Assembly: GCF_001194135.2 (NCBI RefSeq)
Contig: NC_068982.1
Span: forward strand, 126,010,727-126,074,726
Reading direction: 5' to 3'
Source: Octopus bimaculoides
Lineage: Eukaryota
DNA length: 64,000 bases
Shown here: piece by piece, positions 27,001-40,399 of the stretch
Layout of the letters: each line of letters opens with the position of its first letter
How positions within the stretch are numbered: position 1 is the stretch's first letter
The notes under the pieces: model-generated
Told to the model about the DNA's origin: nothing
Seen by the model: the letters and a program-made list of their open reading frames with translations, nothing else
Database searches by the model: none
Program-made: the position numbers and the translations under genes

Positions 27001-27665
27001 CAGTGGTTCTCACCCAGGGTCCATATGGTCCTTGTGGGGTCCATGCAAGATTTTGTTGCTAAAATTTATCTGCAATAAATTGGTTATACTTCTACAATAC
27101 ACAAAATATTTTAACAATTTTTTATATATAATTCCTAATATTATTTAAGGAATTACATAAAAATAAAAAAGAAAAACTCCTAATATTATTTAGTGAAGGT
27201 TCATAGCTTAGTGGTTAGAGCATCGGGCTCACAATCACGAGGTAGTGAGTTCGATTCTCAGACCAGGCTGTGTGTTGTGTTCTTGAGCAAGACACTTAAT
27301 TTCACATTGCTCCATTTCACTCAGCTGTAGAAATGAGTTGCAATATCACTGGGGCCAAGCTGTATCAGCCTTTGCATTTCTCTTGGATAACATTGGTGGA
27401 GTGGAGATGGAAGGCTGGTATGCATGGGCAACTGCTGGCCTTCCACAAAAAAACAACTTTGCTCCCAGACTTGTTCCTTGGAGGGGAACTTGTAGGTGAA
27501 ATCCCATGGTCATTCATAACCAAAGGGGGTCTTTACCCTAATGTCATTTCATTCTAAAAATATAATAGGATTTTTTTAAACATTGAATGGCTCTGAAGAC
27601 CAATCAGAATAAAATAGAAATCAAAGGGCTCCATAGGTAAAAAAAAAAATAGCTGAGAACCACTA
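27001..27665. mobile_element. hAT-type MITE with a SINE family G copy (about 27213-27545, +) inside
   Basis: CAGTGGTTCTCA...TGAGAACCACT(A) terminal inverted repeats; no clean 8-bp TSD seen. A similar decayed hAT-like MITE lies near 34596-34900. Confidence 0.7.
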
Positions 27666-27724
27666 ATCGGCATGTTTTTCAACTTTCTAAGAATCCAAAT
27701 CTTTACAATATTTTTTTAAAAAAT

Positions 27725-28134
27725 GGACAAGGCATGGCTCTGTGGTAAGAAGCTTGCTTCTAACCACATTGTTCCAAGTTCAGTCCCACTGTGTGGCACC
27801 TTGGGCTTGTGTCTTCTACTATAGCCTTGGACCGACCAAAGCCTTGTGACTGGATTTGGTAGACGGAAAGTGAAAGAAGCCCGTCATATATATATATATA
27901 TATGTATATGTTTGTATGTCTGTGTTTGTTCCTCCACTACCACCACCACCACCACCATTGCTTGACAACCAATGTTGCTGTGTTTATGTCCTATAACTTA
28001 GTGGTTTGGCAAAAGAGACCAATGACATAAGTACTAGGCTTACAATGAATAAGTCGTGAGGTCGATTTGTTTGACTAAAAGGCAGTGCTCCAGCGTGGCC
28101 ATAGTCAAATGACTGAAACATGTAAAAGAGTAAA
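27725..28134 (+). mobile_element. SINE family A, full length
   Basis: Collinear with the reverse complement of 55901-56344. Confidence 0.85.
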
Positions 28135-28159
28135 TCAAATTCTATAATCTGGATCTGGG

Positions 28160-28540
28160 TTTACTGTCATCATCATCATCATCATCATCATTTAACATCC
28201 GTTTTCCATGCTAGCATGGATTGGACGATTTGACTGGGGACTGGTGAACCAGATGGCTGCACCAGGCTCCAATCTGATCTGGCAGAGTTTCTACAGCTGG
28301 ATGCCCTTCCTAAAGCCAACCTCTCCGAGAGTGTAGTGGGTGCTTTTACATGCCATCAGCACGAGGGCCAGTCTGGTGGTATTGGCAACGGCCACGCTCA
28401 GATGGTGTTTTTTACGTGCCACCTGCACAGGAGCCAGTCCAGCGGCACTGGCAACAACCTCGCTCGAATGTTTTGTTCAAGTGCCAGTAAGGCGACGCTG
28501 GTAACGATCACGCTCAAATGGTGCTTTTTATGTGATATGG
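28160..28540 (-). mobile_element. RTE 3'UTR copy with internal ~60-bp repeated modules
   Basis: (cat)n tail followed by the reverse complement of the RTE 3' end. Confidence 0.8.
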
Positions 28541-28734
28541 AAAAAAAAAGAGGTGAGTTGGTCACTGTGGGAAAGCCTTTAGTCATAGGTCTGCTCAGTC
28601 AGTGGTGACCAGTGGTCAAACAATAACAACGAGGCTGGGACATTTCCCTAAAAATACTAACATCATCAGATATCTTAATGTAACATCCTCATTCCCTACA
28701 ACTGCTACTAAGTAAAATAAAAAATAAAAAAAGA

Positions 28735-29025
28735 ATGGCCTGGTCAACAGAACAACTAGCTCATGAAATTAACATGCATGTGGCTGAGTACTCCACAGAC
28801 ACACATACTTTTAACATAGTTCTGAGGGAGATTCAGCACGATACAGAATGTGACAAGGTTGGTCCTTTTGAATTACAAGTACAGCTTATTTTTACCAGCT
28901 GCATGAACTGGAGCAATGTGAAATGAAGTGTCTTGCTCAAGAATACAATGTACCTCCAGGAATTGAACTCACAACCTTACAATCATGAGCCAAATAAAAC
29001 CTAACTACCAAGCCATGCACCTTCA
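28735..29025 (-). mobile_element. SINE family G with a C-variant-2 type tail
   Basis: tRNA-like head plus tcttgagcaagacacttcatttcacattgctcc (CORE-like), then the tail shared with SINE C variant 2. Confidence 0.75.
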
Positions 29026-29034
29026 CATGTAATA

Positions 29035-30317
29035 TCGGGTCATTAAGAATGAAATGTCTGATTTTGAAGTGAAAGTTTATTTTATCTCAACAAAAAGCAA
29101 TGCAGTTAATCAAAGCATGCACCTAAATTAACAATACAATTTTACCATTTTATCGGTAGCTTATTTATGCCAGCAGCAAAAAATTCTGGAGAGCAAGAGG
29201 TGATGAAATCATGAAAGGCTGTTTTTACATCTTCAGATTTGAAGTTTTTTCCTTGCAAAAAGTTGCCTAATGCCTGGAAAACGTGATTGTCAGTTGATGC
29301 AAGGTTTGGTGAATATGGTGGATGACAGAGTACTTCCAATTTCAATTCCTGTAACTTGAGTAGCATTCTTTGTGCAACATGTTGTCGAGCCTTGTCTTGC
29401 AAGAGAATTGGCTTGTCTCTATTGCCCAATCTCGGTTGTTTAATTGCAAGTTCACTCAACATTTCATCCAATTGGTTGATGTATACATCCACTGTAATTG
29501 ACTTACCAGGTCTCATGAAGCTGTAGTGGATGACACCAGCACTGGACTACCAAACAGATACCATTAGCTTTTTTTGGTGAATATTCTTTTTTGGATTGTG
29601 TTTTGGCATTTTGTCTCTATCCAGCCACCATGCAGAATGCTTGCTATTGTTGAAAAGAATCTAATTTTCATCATATGTAACAATACAGTGCAAAGATGGT
29701 CCACTTTTATGCCGTGACAGCAAAGAACAGCAAGTTTCAAGATGAAGTATCATTTGATGCTTGTTCAGTTCATGTGGTACCCACTTGTCCAGCTTCTTTA
29801 CCTTGCCGATTTGTTTCAGATGATCTATTACAATGGTAATCAAAACACCAAACCTTGCTGCTAACCCACACATAGTTTGAGATGTATCTGCTTCCACTAC
29901 AGTTTCCAGCTCATCATTATCCATCTTGGTCTCAGGTCTACCACAGTGCTGATTTTCAAGAAAAAAAGTCACCAGACCAGACCAGAACTTCTCAAACCAT
30001 CAACATACAGTGCACCCATTCGCTACATCTTCACCAAACACTTCATTGATGTTTCGAGCTGTCTAGGATGCATTGGTTCCATAATGGAGCTCATATCCAT
30101 ACACAACACAAACTTTTGATATATTCATGGGTTCACAAAAATTGATCTACAAGAGAAAACTCACAATATAATCAGACACCATGAATTGCATTTTGAAAAG
30201 TGATGAGGTAACTCTTCAATGTTGTAAAACAAAGAACTGTCAGGATAAAACATTAGAGTTAACGATTGTTAAACTTGGTGCATAAGAAAATCGGACATTT
30301 CATTCTTAATGACCTGA
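29035..30317 (-). mobile_element. Full-length decayed mariner, cecropia subfamily (Hsmar1-like)
   Basis: About 30-bp TIRs (tcgggtcattaagaatgaaatgtctgatttt; 2 mismatches), TA at 29033-34 and 30318-19; ORF pieces with HLKQIGKVKKLDKWVPHEL, IVTYDEN, LLQDKARQH and HPPYSPNLASTD; stops and frameshifts. Confidence 0.92.
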
Positions 30318-30641
30318 TACGCCCATTTTTGATGGCATATGAGACCCCCACCTTTTTTTTTTTTTTTTTTTCAAGAAAAAAATGTCTCAAAGAATTTCCC
30401 CTGATCCTACATGTGAAGGTGGGCCTATTTTACATGCTTTAATGTACTAAAAACTTGTTTCCTGAACATGTGTCCCTGAAATCAAGGTGCATCAAATATG
30501 CTCTTTGTATCTCTTATGCCATCAAATACAGACAGTAATATACCCTTCACTACTCAACTTTGAATGGTTACTCCATGCACCTCCCTACCAGTTCTTCCTT
30601 CACAGAACTTCGGTTCTCTGTAATTCTCTGCATTGCTCATG

Positions 30642-31056
30642 TTTTACTCTTTCACTTGTCTCAGTCATTTGACTGTGGCCATGCTGGAGCACTGCCTTTT
30701 AATCAAAGAAATCAACCCCCAGGACTTATTCTTTGTAAGCCTGGTACTTATTCTATCAGGCTCTTCTGCTGAACCACTAAGTTACAGGGATGTAAACACA
30801 CCAACATCGGTTGTCAAGTGATTGTAGGGAGGGGAAGGGACAAACACAGACACAAAAACACTCACATAGAAATATACATGTATATATATTTATATATGAT
30901 GGGCTTCTTTTCAGTTTCCATCTAACAAATCCACTCACAAATCTTTGGTCAGCCCGAAGTTATAGAAGACACTTGCCCAAGGTACCATGCAGTGGGACTG
31001 AACCCAGAACCATGTGGTTGAGAAGCAAGCTTCTTACCATACAGCCATGACTGCAC
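30642..31056 (-). mobile_element. SINE family A, full length
   Basis: Collinear with the other A copies. Confidence 0.85.
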
Positions 31057-31218
31057 TTATGTTTTTGTTTTTTTTTTCTGCAGGTGTTTTAAGAAGAATG
31101 TGAATAGCATTAATGATTTTGGTCTAGGAGAGCCTCCAAAGGCCATGAACATTTCCCCTTTCTCTAGACCTGGCAAATGATAAAAAAACTCGCATCTTCT
31201 CTCTCTCTCTCTCTCTCT

Positions 31219-31269
<51 letters not shown>

Positions 31270-31314
31270 GTTTTTTGTTTTTGACCATTTTAACAATAGA
31301 TTAAATGCTGTCGT

Positions 31315-31928
31315 AGTCATTCATTTGTATCATCTAAGCTCCACTTTAGTCCTTGTATTGCTGATACCTACCCCCTGTGTCCAGCTTGTTGTCTTGAGCT
31401 CCCTCCCAACTCAGTCATTTTTAGTCCTTGACCAATACATACATGCACACTGCTAAGTCTAGGATGATGTTATGTAAAGGTTCTCTCACTTTTATTTAAT
31501 TTTAGTGATGACAAGATAGTGTTGAATCTCGCAAGATATGAATGTAAGTCATCAAACACCAAACTAAATATCACTAACCTCCTGAGCCAGTTCACGCTCT
31601 CATTAGAAGCCATTGTTGTTATGAGCCAATGATAGAGATTCCATGTGGTTGTTTCACTTGCTAGAAATAGCAGCCAAATCAATCTCTCTTTTTCTCTCCC
31701 CTTCTCTCTCTCTCTCTCTCTGTTCCCCAGTCAATGAATTAAAACCACAGTTTTATGATGCTAACCACTTAATATCATCTCTAGACATAGAAGTGTGCAT
31801 GTATGTGTTGGTCAAGGAATAAAAATGATGGGGAAAGCTCAAGACAGCAGGCTGGACATAGCAGTAAGCATCAATAGTACAAAGAATAAAGTGAGGTTCA
31901 TATTTGGATACAATACGAATGAATGACT
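31315..31928. repeat. Inverted repeat (arms 31315-31471 and 31771-31928)
   Basis: e.g. gtccagcttgttgtcttgagct...ccttgaccaatacatacatgcacac versus its reverse complement; about 75% identity by eye. Confidence 0.7.
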
Positions 31929-32189
31929 GAGATGGAAACTGGCCTTATGAGCTTACATGACTTCGGATGGAGCTTTCAAACTAATTACTATGGCTTAGAA
32001 CCTCATTTTTCTGATTTCCAATGTCCCACCCCACCCCCATCAGTTGCCATTAAAATGAAAACCAGTAATACATCAGGACTCACTGAATCAACATGTCCTT
32101 TTCTCTTAAAAATCGGATTGCATCTACGAAAGATATCATTATATTTGAAAGTCTTTTCTTTATATTGTTATCTCTCTGTCTAATTAAGA

Positions 32190-32610
32190 TATTCTTGTCA
32201 GCAGACTAGATGCAGAAATGTGATACTGTATGGTAGGGAAGATGGAGAACAGCCAATGTAACTGGAGAAGAATTAGATGAAAATGATATTTTGGAGGTGT
32301 GATGTTAACTTAGTAGAAAGGCTGTGAGAAGCTAAGACCATGATTACCAAGATGTATGTTGGTGATACAGTTACAATGGCATGGATATATATATCCAATG
32401 AAATTAGTTTACTTAGTAAAGAGATATCATAAGTTGGTTTTAAGCATTCTTGTAAAAGAGGTAGGGCAAGAAGACTTGGCAGATGTTAAGGGGTTAGTTT
32501 ATAAACACTGGATCTTGTAGGTGAAATGATAATGAATCAAGATACATGGGAAGAGGTGACTACTAAACTGCAGACCTTTCTAATCCATGCCAGCATGAAA
32601 AATTATGATG
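32190..32610 (+). mobile_element. Highly decayed RTE LINE 3' end
   Basis: Remnant RGRARRLG (RGRPRKTW-like) coding end, then ccatgccagcatgaaaaa...gatgat tail. Confidence 0.55.
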
Positions 32611-35600
32611 ATAGACAGTTAGCATTATTGTTTTTGTTGTTATACTTTGATACTGTTTGTTATTTCATATTAGTCTAAAAAGGTCTCTACAAGATGTGCA
32701 GCATCCACTTATGAACTGGAAGTGTGGGATGGGGTAATAGGAGCAACTGGGCATTAAAGGTATCAGCTGATGTGTGCAGGTATAATGATTATGCTGGCAC
32801 GTACATGTAATATGATTGGTCAGTTTCTGCCAGGGTTTAAAAAATGTCTTACTTGACAGTGAAGACTACCACTGTTAGAATAAGATTTGAGATATAGAGA
32901 GATCGAGTGTCAGGATGTTAGCCCTTCGAGATAAGTTATTATAGATACATGGGGGACACTTTTATACTAAACTGTAGTCCTTTGTAGCCCATGATGAAAT
33001 GAAAAAAAAATGTCAGTGATAGATATGATGTTGTCTAGCCCCAGATCAACTCTGAATGAACAGAACTATGATCAAAAGCACCCCAGCCATGACTGTCTCA
33101 CCTTTTTTTGTTCTTATACGTTTACCCCTCTACCCAGCTTTGCCCCTCATCTAGCATAATAATGTTGCACCCTCAGAGTGTGTTGTCTTTCAAACTGCAT
33201 GATGGCTTCATTAGTACTGGTGCATCCAGCACACAAATTGTAAAGTGGTTGGCATTAGAAAGGGCATTCAGCCGTAAAAGTCATGCCAAAGTAGACTCCA
33301 CAGCATGATGCAGTTCTTGGGCCCATCAGATCCTGTCAAACCATCCAACCCAATCCTGTTTGGAAAATGGGTGTTATATGATGATGATGATGATCCCATG
33401 ATTTCATCACCCAATGTGTCTTTTTTTTAAGACAGTAGCTTGTAATTTGAGGGAGATTTAGCTACTATTTCTAGCAAGTCAAACTACTACATAGAAGCTC
33501 TCTTGGTATATAATGTTGTAACTGTAGTGAGGCTTGGACAGCTTCTAAGAACATCTACCAGATATATATATATATATACTACACTTCCAGCTGGTCTGTA
33601 CTTTGTGTCATGCAGTGGAATATGACGGTCGGAATGTACACTTTTCGTGATTTTACTTGTTGGGTTCCAACGTTGGGTGAGACACCACCTTCATGGGTTT
33701 TAGCTAATCCTATTGACCCAATACTCGCTTCGGTCTGTTACTTATTCTATTGATTTGTATTTATTGAATGGAAAAGTTACCTTTTGACCTAAAGAGATGC
33801 ACCTCACCACATTGTCTTACAATGTTATTCACTGAAACACACACATACACAGACACAAAATTTTATACATACTTACATACATACTCTGTGTGTGTGTGTG
33901 TGTATGTGTGTGTGTGTGTGTGTGTAGGTGTGTATGTATATATTCTATCTGCAAAATTCCATTCACAAAGCATTGGTCAATGTTGTATTTATTTTGCTTG
34001 AGTGTTTGTTTTTATATAAAAGATTTCTAATAGTCACTATAGTAATGATAGACAAGATGGACTTGGTAAATGCAAATTGGTTTTGATTCCTAAGGGTTCA
34101 TAACCGTCCAACACAAAGCTTAGAACTACTGTGGCTATTGATACTGTTGCTTTTGATATTTATGTGAGTTTTGTGTTTGTTTCAGAGCAAATGGAGAGAT
34201 AGCATTTTTAATTTGGTGTCGTAGTAGTATTATTATTCTTGGCATTCTGTTAACATATCTTGGTAACTGTGTTTGTATGGTGTATAATTGATGTTGTTGT
34301 TACAGGTGCAAGTAATGTGGGGGCGGAGGTAGAAGTTGTTTAGCTCCAGGTCAGTGCTGATCGTGCAGATCCATGATCAAAGTGCTCCATCCATGACCAC
34401 CCCATCTTTATCTTTCTTTTTTTTTTAACACCTAATGTTTCCATAATTACATTATCCAGTGTATCCTTCCTTTTTTAATAACTATAAAGTGTGGTTTTAG
34501 AGGAATTTGACTGCTAATTCTAACAGTATTCGCTCATTGGCTTGTGTAGAGTAAATATGCAAGAAGGCTAGAGTGCCAAGTTAAATGCCTTAGAGTAGCA
34601 GTTCCCAAATTTATTTTCTTTAGAACCCTTCTACAATTTAAAAAGAAAATCACAGACCCTAAGTCTATATTTTCTAACAATTCCTCTTGCCTTAATTAAA
34701 AAAGAAAAACTGTTTTAGAAACATTTCTACTTCTAAAAAAAAATAATGTAATAATTTGTTATTTTGAAAATGGTGAATACCATTTTTTCTACAAAATAAG
34801 TTTTTATTAAATTTTATTAAAAGACATCTTATCTCATGGATCTCTGGAACATTTTTGTGGAACCCTGCAGTTATATAGAACCCAGTTTGCAATATCCTGC
34901 TTTAGAACATCTAGTTGTACCCGAGTTCCAAGTTCAAATCCAATGGAGTTGACTTTTCCATTTATCTCCCTTGAGATTGGTAATATAAATACCAGTAGTA
35001 TACTGTGGGCTGTTCTAAAATTATACATTCTTTAGTTGGCCTTGTCAGAAATTCTGAGTGGAAGAGTTGGCATTAATGTTACTAAGGCTTCTTCGTATAC
35101 AGTAACCAGCGCTACCAGGTTATTATTAGAGATGCTGTTACATGTGCGATGCAGCTATTTCCAACACAAGCATATGACTGGATGTGGTTTTGTAAATCTT
35201 GATCAAACAGACTTATGATCAGAAGCAGTCCTGCTCTGACCATCCTCTCTTATTGTCAAATATAGTACATTTATGACTACATTATCCAATGTATTTTTAC
35301 AGAAAAGGCGAGGAAGTAATTTGAAGTAGATTCGATTACCATTTCTAACCAGTTGGGTAACCTCATAGGGGCTTTCTCATTGGCTTGATGTATATAGAAT
35401 AGAAGGAATAGGAAGCTGTGATGTTTATGCATTTCTTGAGTGATTAGTGAAATGTAATAGCTCAAACAGCAATGGTATGTTGGCTGTGAACACACCTCAC
35501 TGATTAAGCTGATGTCTACATCATCATATACCACTTGTTTATAACATCATATATTGTATTTAATGGTGTAAAAGATGCAGAGAAAGAGGGACATATTAGA

Positions 35601-36418
35601 CACACCCTAATTTCAGCAGTACATATTCATGAAAATAGTTTTTAGTGTTTTAAAGCATATGATATAGGCCCACCTTCACATATAGCACCAGGGGGAATTT
35701 ATGTCATCTACCATAAAATAGGGTGTATACTCTGTAAAGTGGTTGGTGTTAAGAAGAGCATTTAACCATAGAATTTATACTCAAAAATAGAATATCCTAA
35801 TGAGATTTGATCTTCTGACTCTTCTAGAAGAACAGTTGTTCCATGTAAGAACTGACTTGGATGACGACAACATCTACAACCCAATGACATCATGGAAGAG
35901 GACACAAAATGATGATACCTCATATTATTATTATCAAATCGGCCATGATCAGACAGATCTGTGATCAAAGACAATCCATCTATGACCACCCTGTTTTTTT
36001 CTCCAAGCCTAGTGCCTCTAGATCTTGTAAGGCATAATGGAACTTTAGTGGTTCCATCTTGGTGTTGTTTTGGTTGACAAGATACATGTTTTGTTAAGTA
36101 ACGGTGATCATATTTGCCTACTGAACCCACGTATAAACACAGGAACTTACCACAACACTACATACAGTACCTATGAGCAACGTGAAAATATAACAAGAGC
36201 AACCATTATAAATTATTAATTAATCTATTCTACTAATTAGAGGTGATAGATTTAATGCTGGTTAGTGAGTCTAATCAGCTTCTCTTTCTTCTGTTACATA
36301 TGCATCTCAAAAGATTACAGCTATTCATACATACATACATACATGCATACATACATACATACACACACACACATATATATATATATACATATACACACAT
36401 AAATACATACATACATAC

Positions 36419-36488
<70 letters not shown>

Positions 36489-36869
36489 AAATAAATGCAT
36501 GTGTCAGGATTAAATTGTATTAGTTAACACTGTTTAGGTAGTACTAGTTAACTAACTAGAACCTAGTCAAACCTACAAGTTCAGTTTAAAATACTACTAT
36601 CCCATCATCTGTTATTCACTTAGCACCAATGTCATGCTTAGTGTTCAGCCTTAAATAGTCTCTTAAAGTGGTGTACCTACTAAAAACAGTTTCTCTGCTA
36701 CAACCGCCTATTTTGCTCTGCTGAATTTTCTCTTCTCTCACTCTCTCTCTCTCGTTCTCAGTCCTTCGCTCTCTGTCTTTCTCTCCCTCTCTGTTTCTTT
36801 CTGTTGTTCTCTCTCTCTCTCTCTCTCCTCTCTTTCTCTCTCTTACTTTGGCTGTTCATACATAAAAGA

Positions 36870-37270
36870 TATCGCCACAACCACAACCACCACCATCACT
36901 GCCGCCATCACCATAATCATCATCATCATCATCACCATCAGAAACACCTTTACCATCACTACTACCACAGCTACTAATATCATTGTTGTCATCATCATAA
37001 TCGCTACCACCACTGCTGCCGCCAGCAGCAGCTGCACCACCACCACCACCACCATCACTACTACTACTACTACTAATAATAATAATAAGAAGAAGAAGAA
37101 TGATAATAATAATAATGAAAATAACAGCAAAAATAATAAAAACAGCAGCAAATAATAATGATAATAATAATAATAATAATAACAACAATAACAATAATAA
37201 TAATAATAATAATAATGATAATAATCATGTTCCCATCATCATTGCCACAACAGCACTACCACAACAGAAA

Positions 37271-37306
<36 letters not shown>

Positions 37307-37687
37307 TCGTCTCATGGCCATTGCTACCACAATCAGCATCACCACCACCACCACCACTACTGCCACTGCCACCACCTCCACCACCACCACCACCTCTACC
37401 ACATTATCATCATCCTTCTACCAATACTATCATCATGATTATCATCACATGACCGCAACCACCACTACCATCACCACCACTACTGCTGCCACCTACTCAT
37501 CATCGTCGTCATCATCATCATCTGAACATCATTATCTATTATCATCATCTTTACTATCTTGCCATCATCATCATATCTAACATCACTATCGTTTCTACTT
37601 ATCATCATCATCATCATCATCATCACCACCGTCATCATCTCTATAACACTTAGATTGTTTTTCTGTCATTGTCGTCATTATCATCAT

Positions 37688-37719
<32 letters not shown>

Positions 37720-38345
37720 TCACCATCATCACCATCATCACCACCACCATCATCATTATCATCATCATCGTCATTCCCATCACCACCATCATTATCATCA
37801 TCATCATCATCACCATCATTATCACCACCATTACCGTCATCATCATCATCACCACCANNNNNNNNNNNNNNNNNNNNNNNNNNNNNNNNNNNNNNNNNNN
37901 NNNNNNNNNNNNNNNNNNNNNNNNNNNNNNNNNNNNNNNNNNNNNNNNNNNNNNNNNNNNNNNNNNNNNNNNNNNNNNNNNNNNNNNNNNNNNNNNNNNN
38001 NNNNNNNNNNNNNNNNNNNNNNNNNNNNNNNNNNNNNNNNNNNNNNNNNNNNNNNNNNNNNNNNNNNNNNNNNNNNNNNNNNNNNNNNNNNNNNNNNNNN
38101 NNNNNNNNNNNNNNNNNNNNNNNNNNNNNNNNNNNNNNNNNNNNNNNNNNNNNNNNNNNNNNNNNNNNNNNNNNNNNNNNNNNNNNNNNNNNNNNNNNNN
38201 NNNNNNNNNNNNNNNNNNNNNNNNNNNNNNNNNNNNNNNNCAACACTACTGCTACTGCTGCCATCACCATCATCATCATCAACATCATCACCACCACCAC
38301 CTCCACCACCAACTTCACCACTATCATCATCATCATCATCATCAT
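36870..38345. repeat. Compound (CAT/CAC/AAT)n simple-repeat tract around a gap
   Basis: Trinucleotide runs; source of the poly-H/I/S/M ORFs. Confidence 0.95.
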
Positions 38346-39003
38346 CAATACTTAAAGGGGTTTAGCTGGTATAGTTTCTCTTAAAAACCTTATTTGCATG
38401 TTTCAGAATTTACACAGACTCAACCAGTCCCCAACCCTACTCTGCCCACCGACACATGCACACATGTACATGCACATGATCACATACAAACACATACATG
38501 CACACACACGCACACTGACACACACACACACTGAAACACATACACACATACACACACACACACACCATTCTATTTACTAGCAAGATTCAACTCCCTACAT
38601 GTACATACAGATGTTATTTACACATTCTGTTGGCAGGATGCAAGTCCCCTTATATGCCAATCATATTTGCACACAGCATCCCTGTGTAAACACCAAAACC
38701 AACCCCCACTTTTAATGCCTTCATATTTCTGCATTATAAAATACGATTCTCTCCAAATATATGCAGCTTGTTTAGATATTCAGAAATTTCACTTGTACAC
38801 ATGCAGATTATTCGTTAACGCAGACATTTCATATATTTGGTTTGCTTATTTGCTTCATGATTAGGGGGACTTGTTATTAAGTAATAGGTGTACTTATATC
38901 CTCTATTTTTCTCTAGATAAACCATATCTAACCCATAACTTCAATCCTGCTCTGAGTTCATTGTACAAATCATTAGTTTTTAACTATGTATATATATATG
39001 CCT

Positions 39004-39450
39004 GTAAGGCAGCGAGCTGGCAGAATCGTTAGCACACCGGGCAAAATGCTTAGTGGTATTTCCCTGTCTTTGTGTTCTGAGCTCAAATTCTGCCATGGTC
39101 AACTTTGCCTTTTGTTGTGTGGATGCCCCCAGATGATAAGTAGGCTAGTCCAGTACATATAAATAGTGGACGTGATAGCTAGTTGTAGAAGTGTCGCATA
39201 GAGCGAGCTGGAGCCGTCGGTAGACTAGACGTCAAGTTCTGTTGAGTCGAGTCGTCGGAAGTGAGAATTCGATAGTTGAGTAGAAGTACATTATTGGCAA
39301 AGGCACGCCATCCGAACATGCGATATAACACTTTTCATCCTTTCAGGGTCGATTAAATTAGTACCAGCTATGCACTGGGTTCGATGTAATCGACTTATTC
39401 ACTGTGTTTGTCCCCTCTGTGTTTAGCTCCCTGTGGGCAATAAAGAAATA
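39004..39450 (+). mobile_element. SINE family D interrupted by a solo LTR
   Basis: D head 39004-39112, resuming as cttttcatcctttcagggtcg at 39331. Confidence 0.85.
39113..39330. mobile_element. Solo LTR, 218 bp
   Basis: TGTT...AACA termini, 4-bp TSD cttt (39109-39112 / 39331-39334), TATAAAT motif near 39155, unusually CpG-rich for this window. Confidence 0.75.
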
Positions 39451-39519
39451 TATATATATATATATATGCCTGTTTATGTATTCACATATATAACAATCAA
39501 AATCAAATTTGTTGATGTG

Positions 39520-40005
39520 GCCGATGACAGCACCGCCTGACCGGCACCCGTGCCAGTGGAACGTTAAAAGCACCATCCGAGCGTGATCTTTTCCAGGGCT
39601 GCCGACTGGCTCCCGTGCCGGTGGCACATAAAATGCATCATTTGAGCATGATCTTTACCAGTGTCGCCTTACTGGCACTTGTGCTGGTGGCATGTGAAAA
39701 ACAACATTCGAACGAGGTTGTTGCCAGTGCCGCTGGATTGGCTCCTGTGCAGGTGGCACATAAAAAACACCTTTTGAGCGTGGCTGCCGCCAGTACCGCC
39801 TGACTGGCCCTCGTGCCGGTAGCACGTAAAAGCACCCACTGCACCCTCGGTGTAGTTGGCATTAGGAAGGGCATCCAGCTGTAGAAACTCTGCCAGATCA
39901 GATTGGAGCCTGGTGCAGCCATCTGGTTCATCAGTCCTCAGTCAAACCATCCAACCCATGCCAGCATGGAAAGCAGATATTAAACTATGATGATGATGAT
40001 GATGA
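39520..40005 (+). mobile_element. Long RTE 3'UTR copy with tandem ~60-bp modules
   Basis: Repeated gccagt..cgc.tgactggc.c..gtgc.ggtggcac.taaaa.gcacc module, then the conserved 3' end and (gat)n. Confidence 0.85.
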
Positions 40006-40200
40006 TGGTGATATAAATATAAAGGCTTGTTTAATTGGTTTGTGTAATTGATACACTAAACATGCACAGGATGGAGGAGTTGAAATAATATTTGATATTA
40101 ATACTGGATGTTTATTTCAAAGTTCGCCATTAAAAGTGGCTTCTCACTTTTAATGATGGAACTTTGGAGTAAACAGGCACTATTATTTATATCAGATATA

Positions 40201-40399
40201 AAGGCGGCGAGCTGGCAGAATCGTCAGCACACCAGGCGAAATGCTTAGCGGTATTTTGCCTGTCACTATGTTCTGAGTTTATATTCCACCTTTCATCCTT
40301 TCAGGGGTGATTAAATAAGTACCAGTTACACACTGGAGTCGATGTAGTCAACCTAATCCCTTCCCCCAAATTTGAGGCCTTGTGCTTCCAGTAGAAAGA
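40201..40399 (+). mobile_element. SINE family D
   Basis: About 15-bp TSD attatt(t/a)atatcaga (40182-40196 / 40400-40414). Confidence 0.85.

Noticed and set aside
33591-33650. CxxCH-like motif (LVCTLCHAVEYDG) in one plus-strand frame
   Set aside because: Stop codon after 19 residues and no other cytochrome c features; likely chance.
36843-38365. Poly-His/Asp/Met/Ile ORFs resembling histidine-rich proteins
   Set aside because: All frames are open because of (CAT/CAC/AAT)n repeats and an N-gap.
38641-38873. Segment bounded by caagtcccct...aggggacttg-like inverted ends
   Set aside because: Only ~10 bp of inversion, no TSD and no second copy; MITE status unsupported.
40122-40162. 17-bp stem hairpin
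   Set aside because: Too short for a pre-miRNA and no element context; common by chance in AT-rich DNA.
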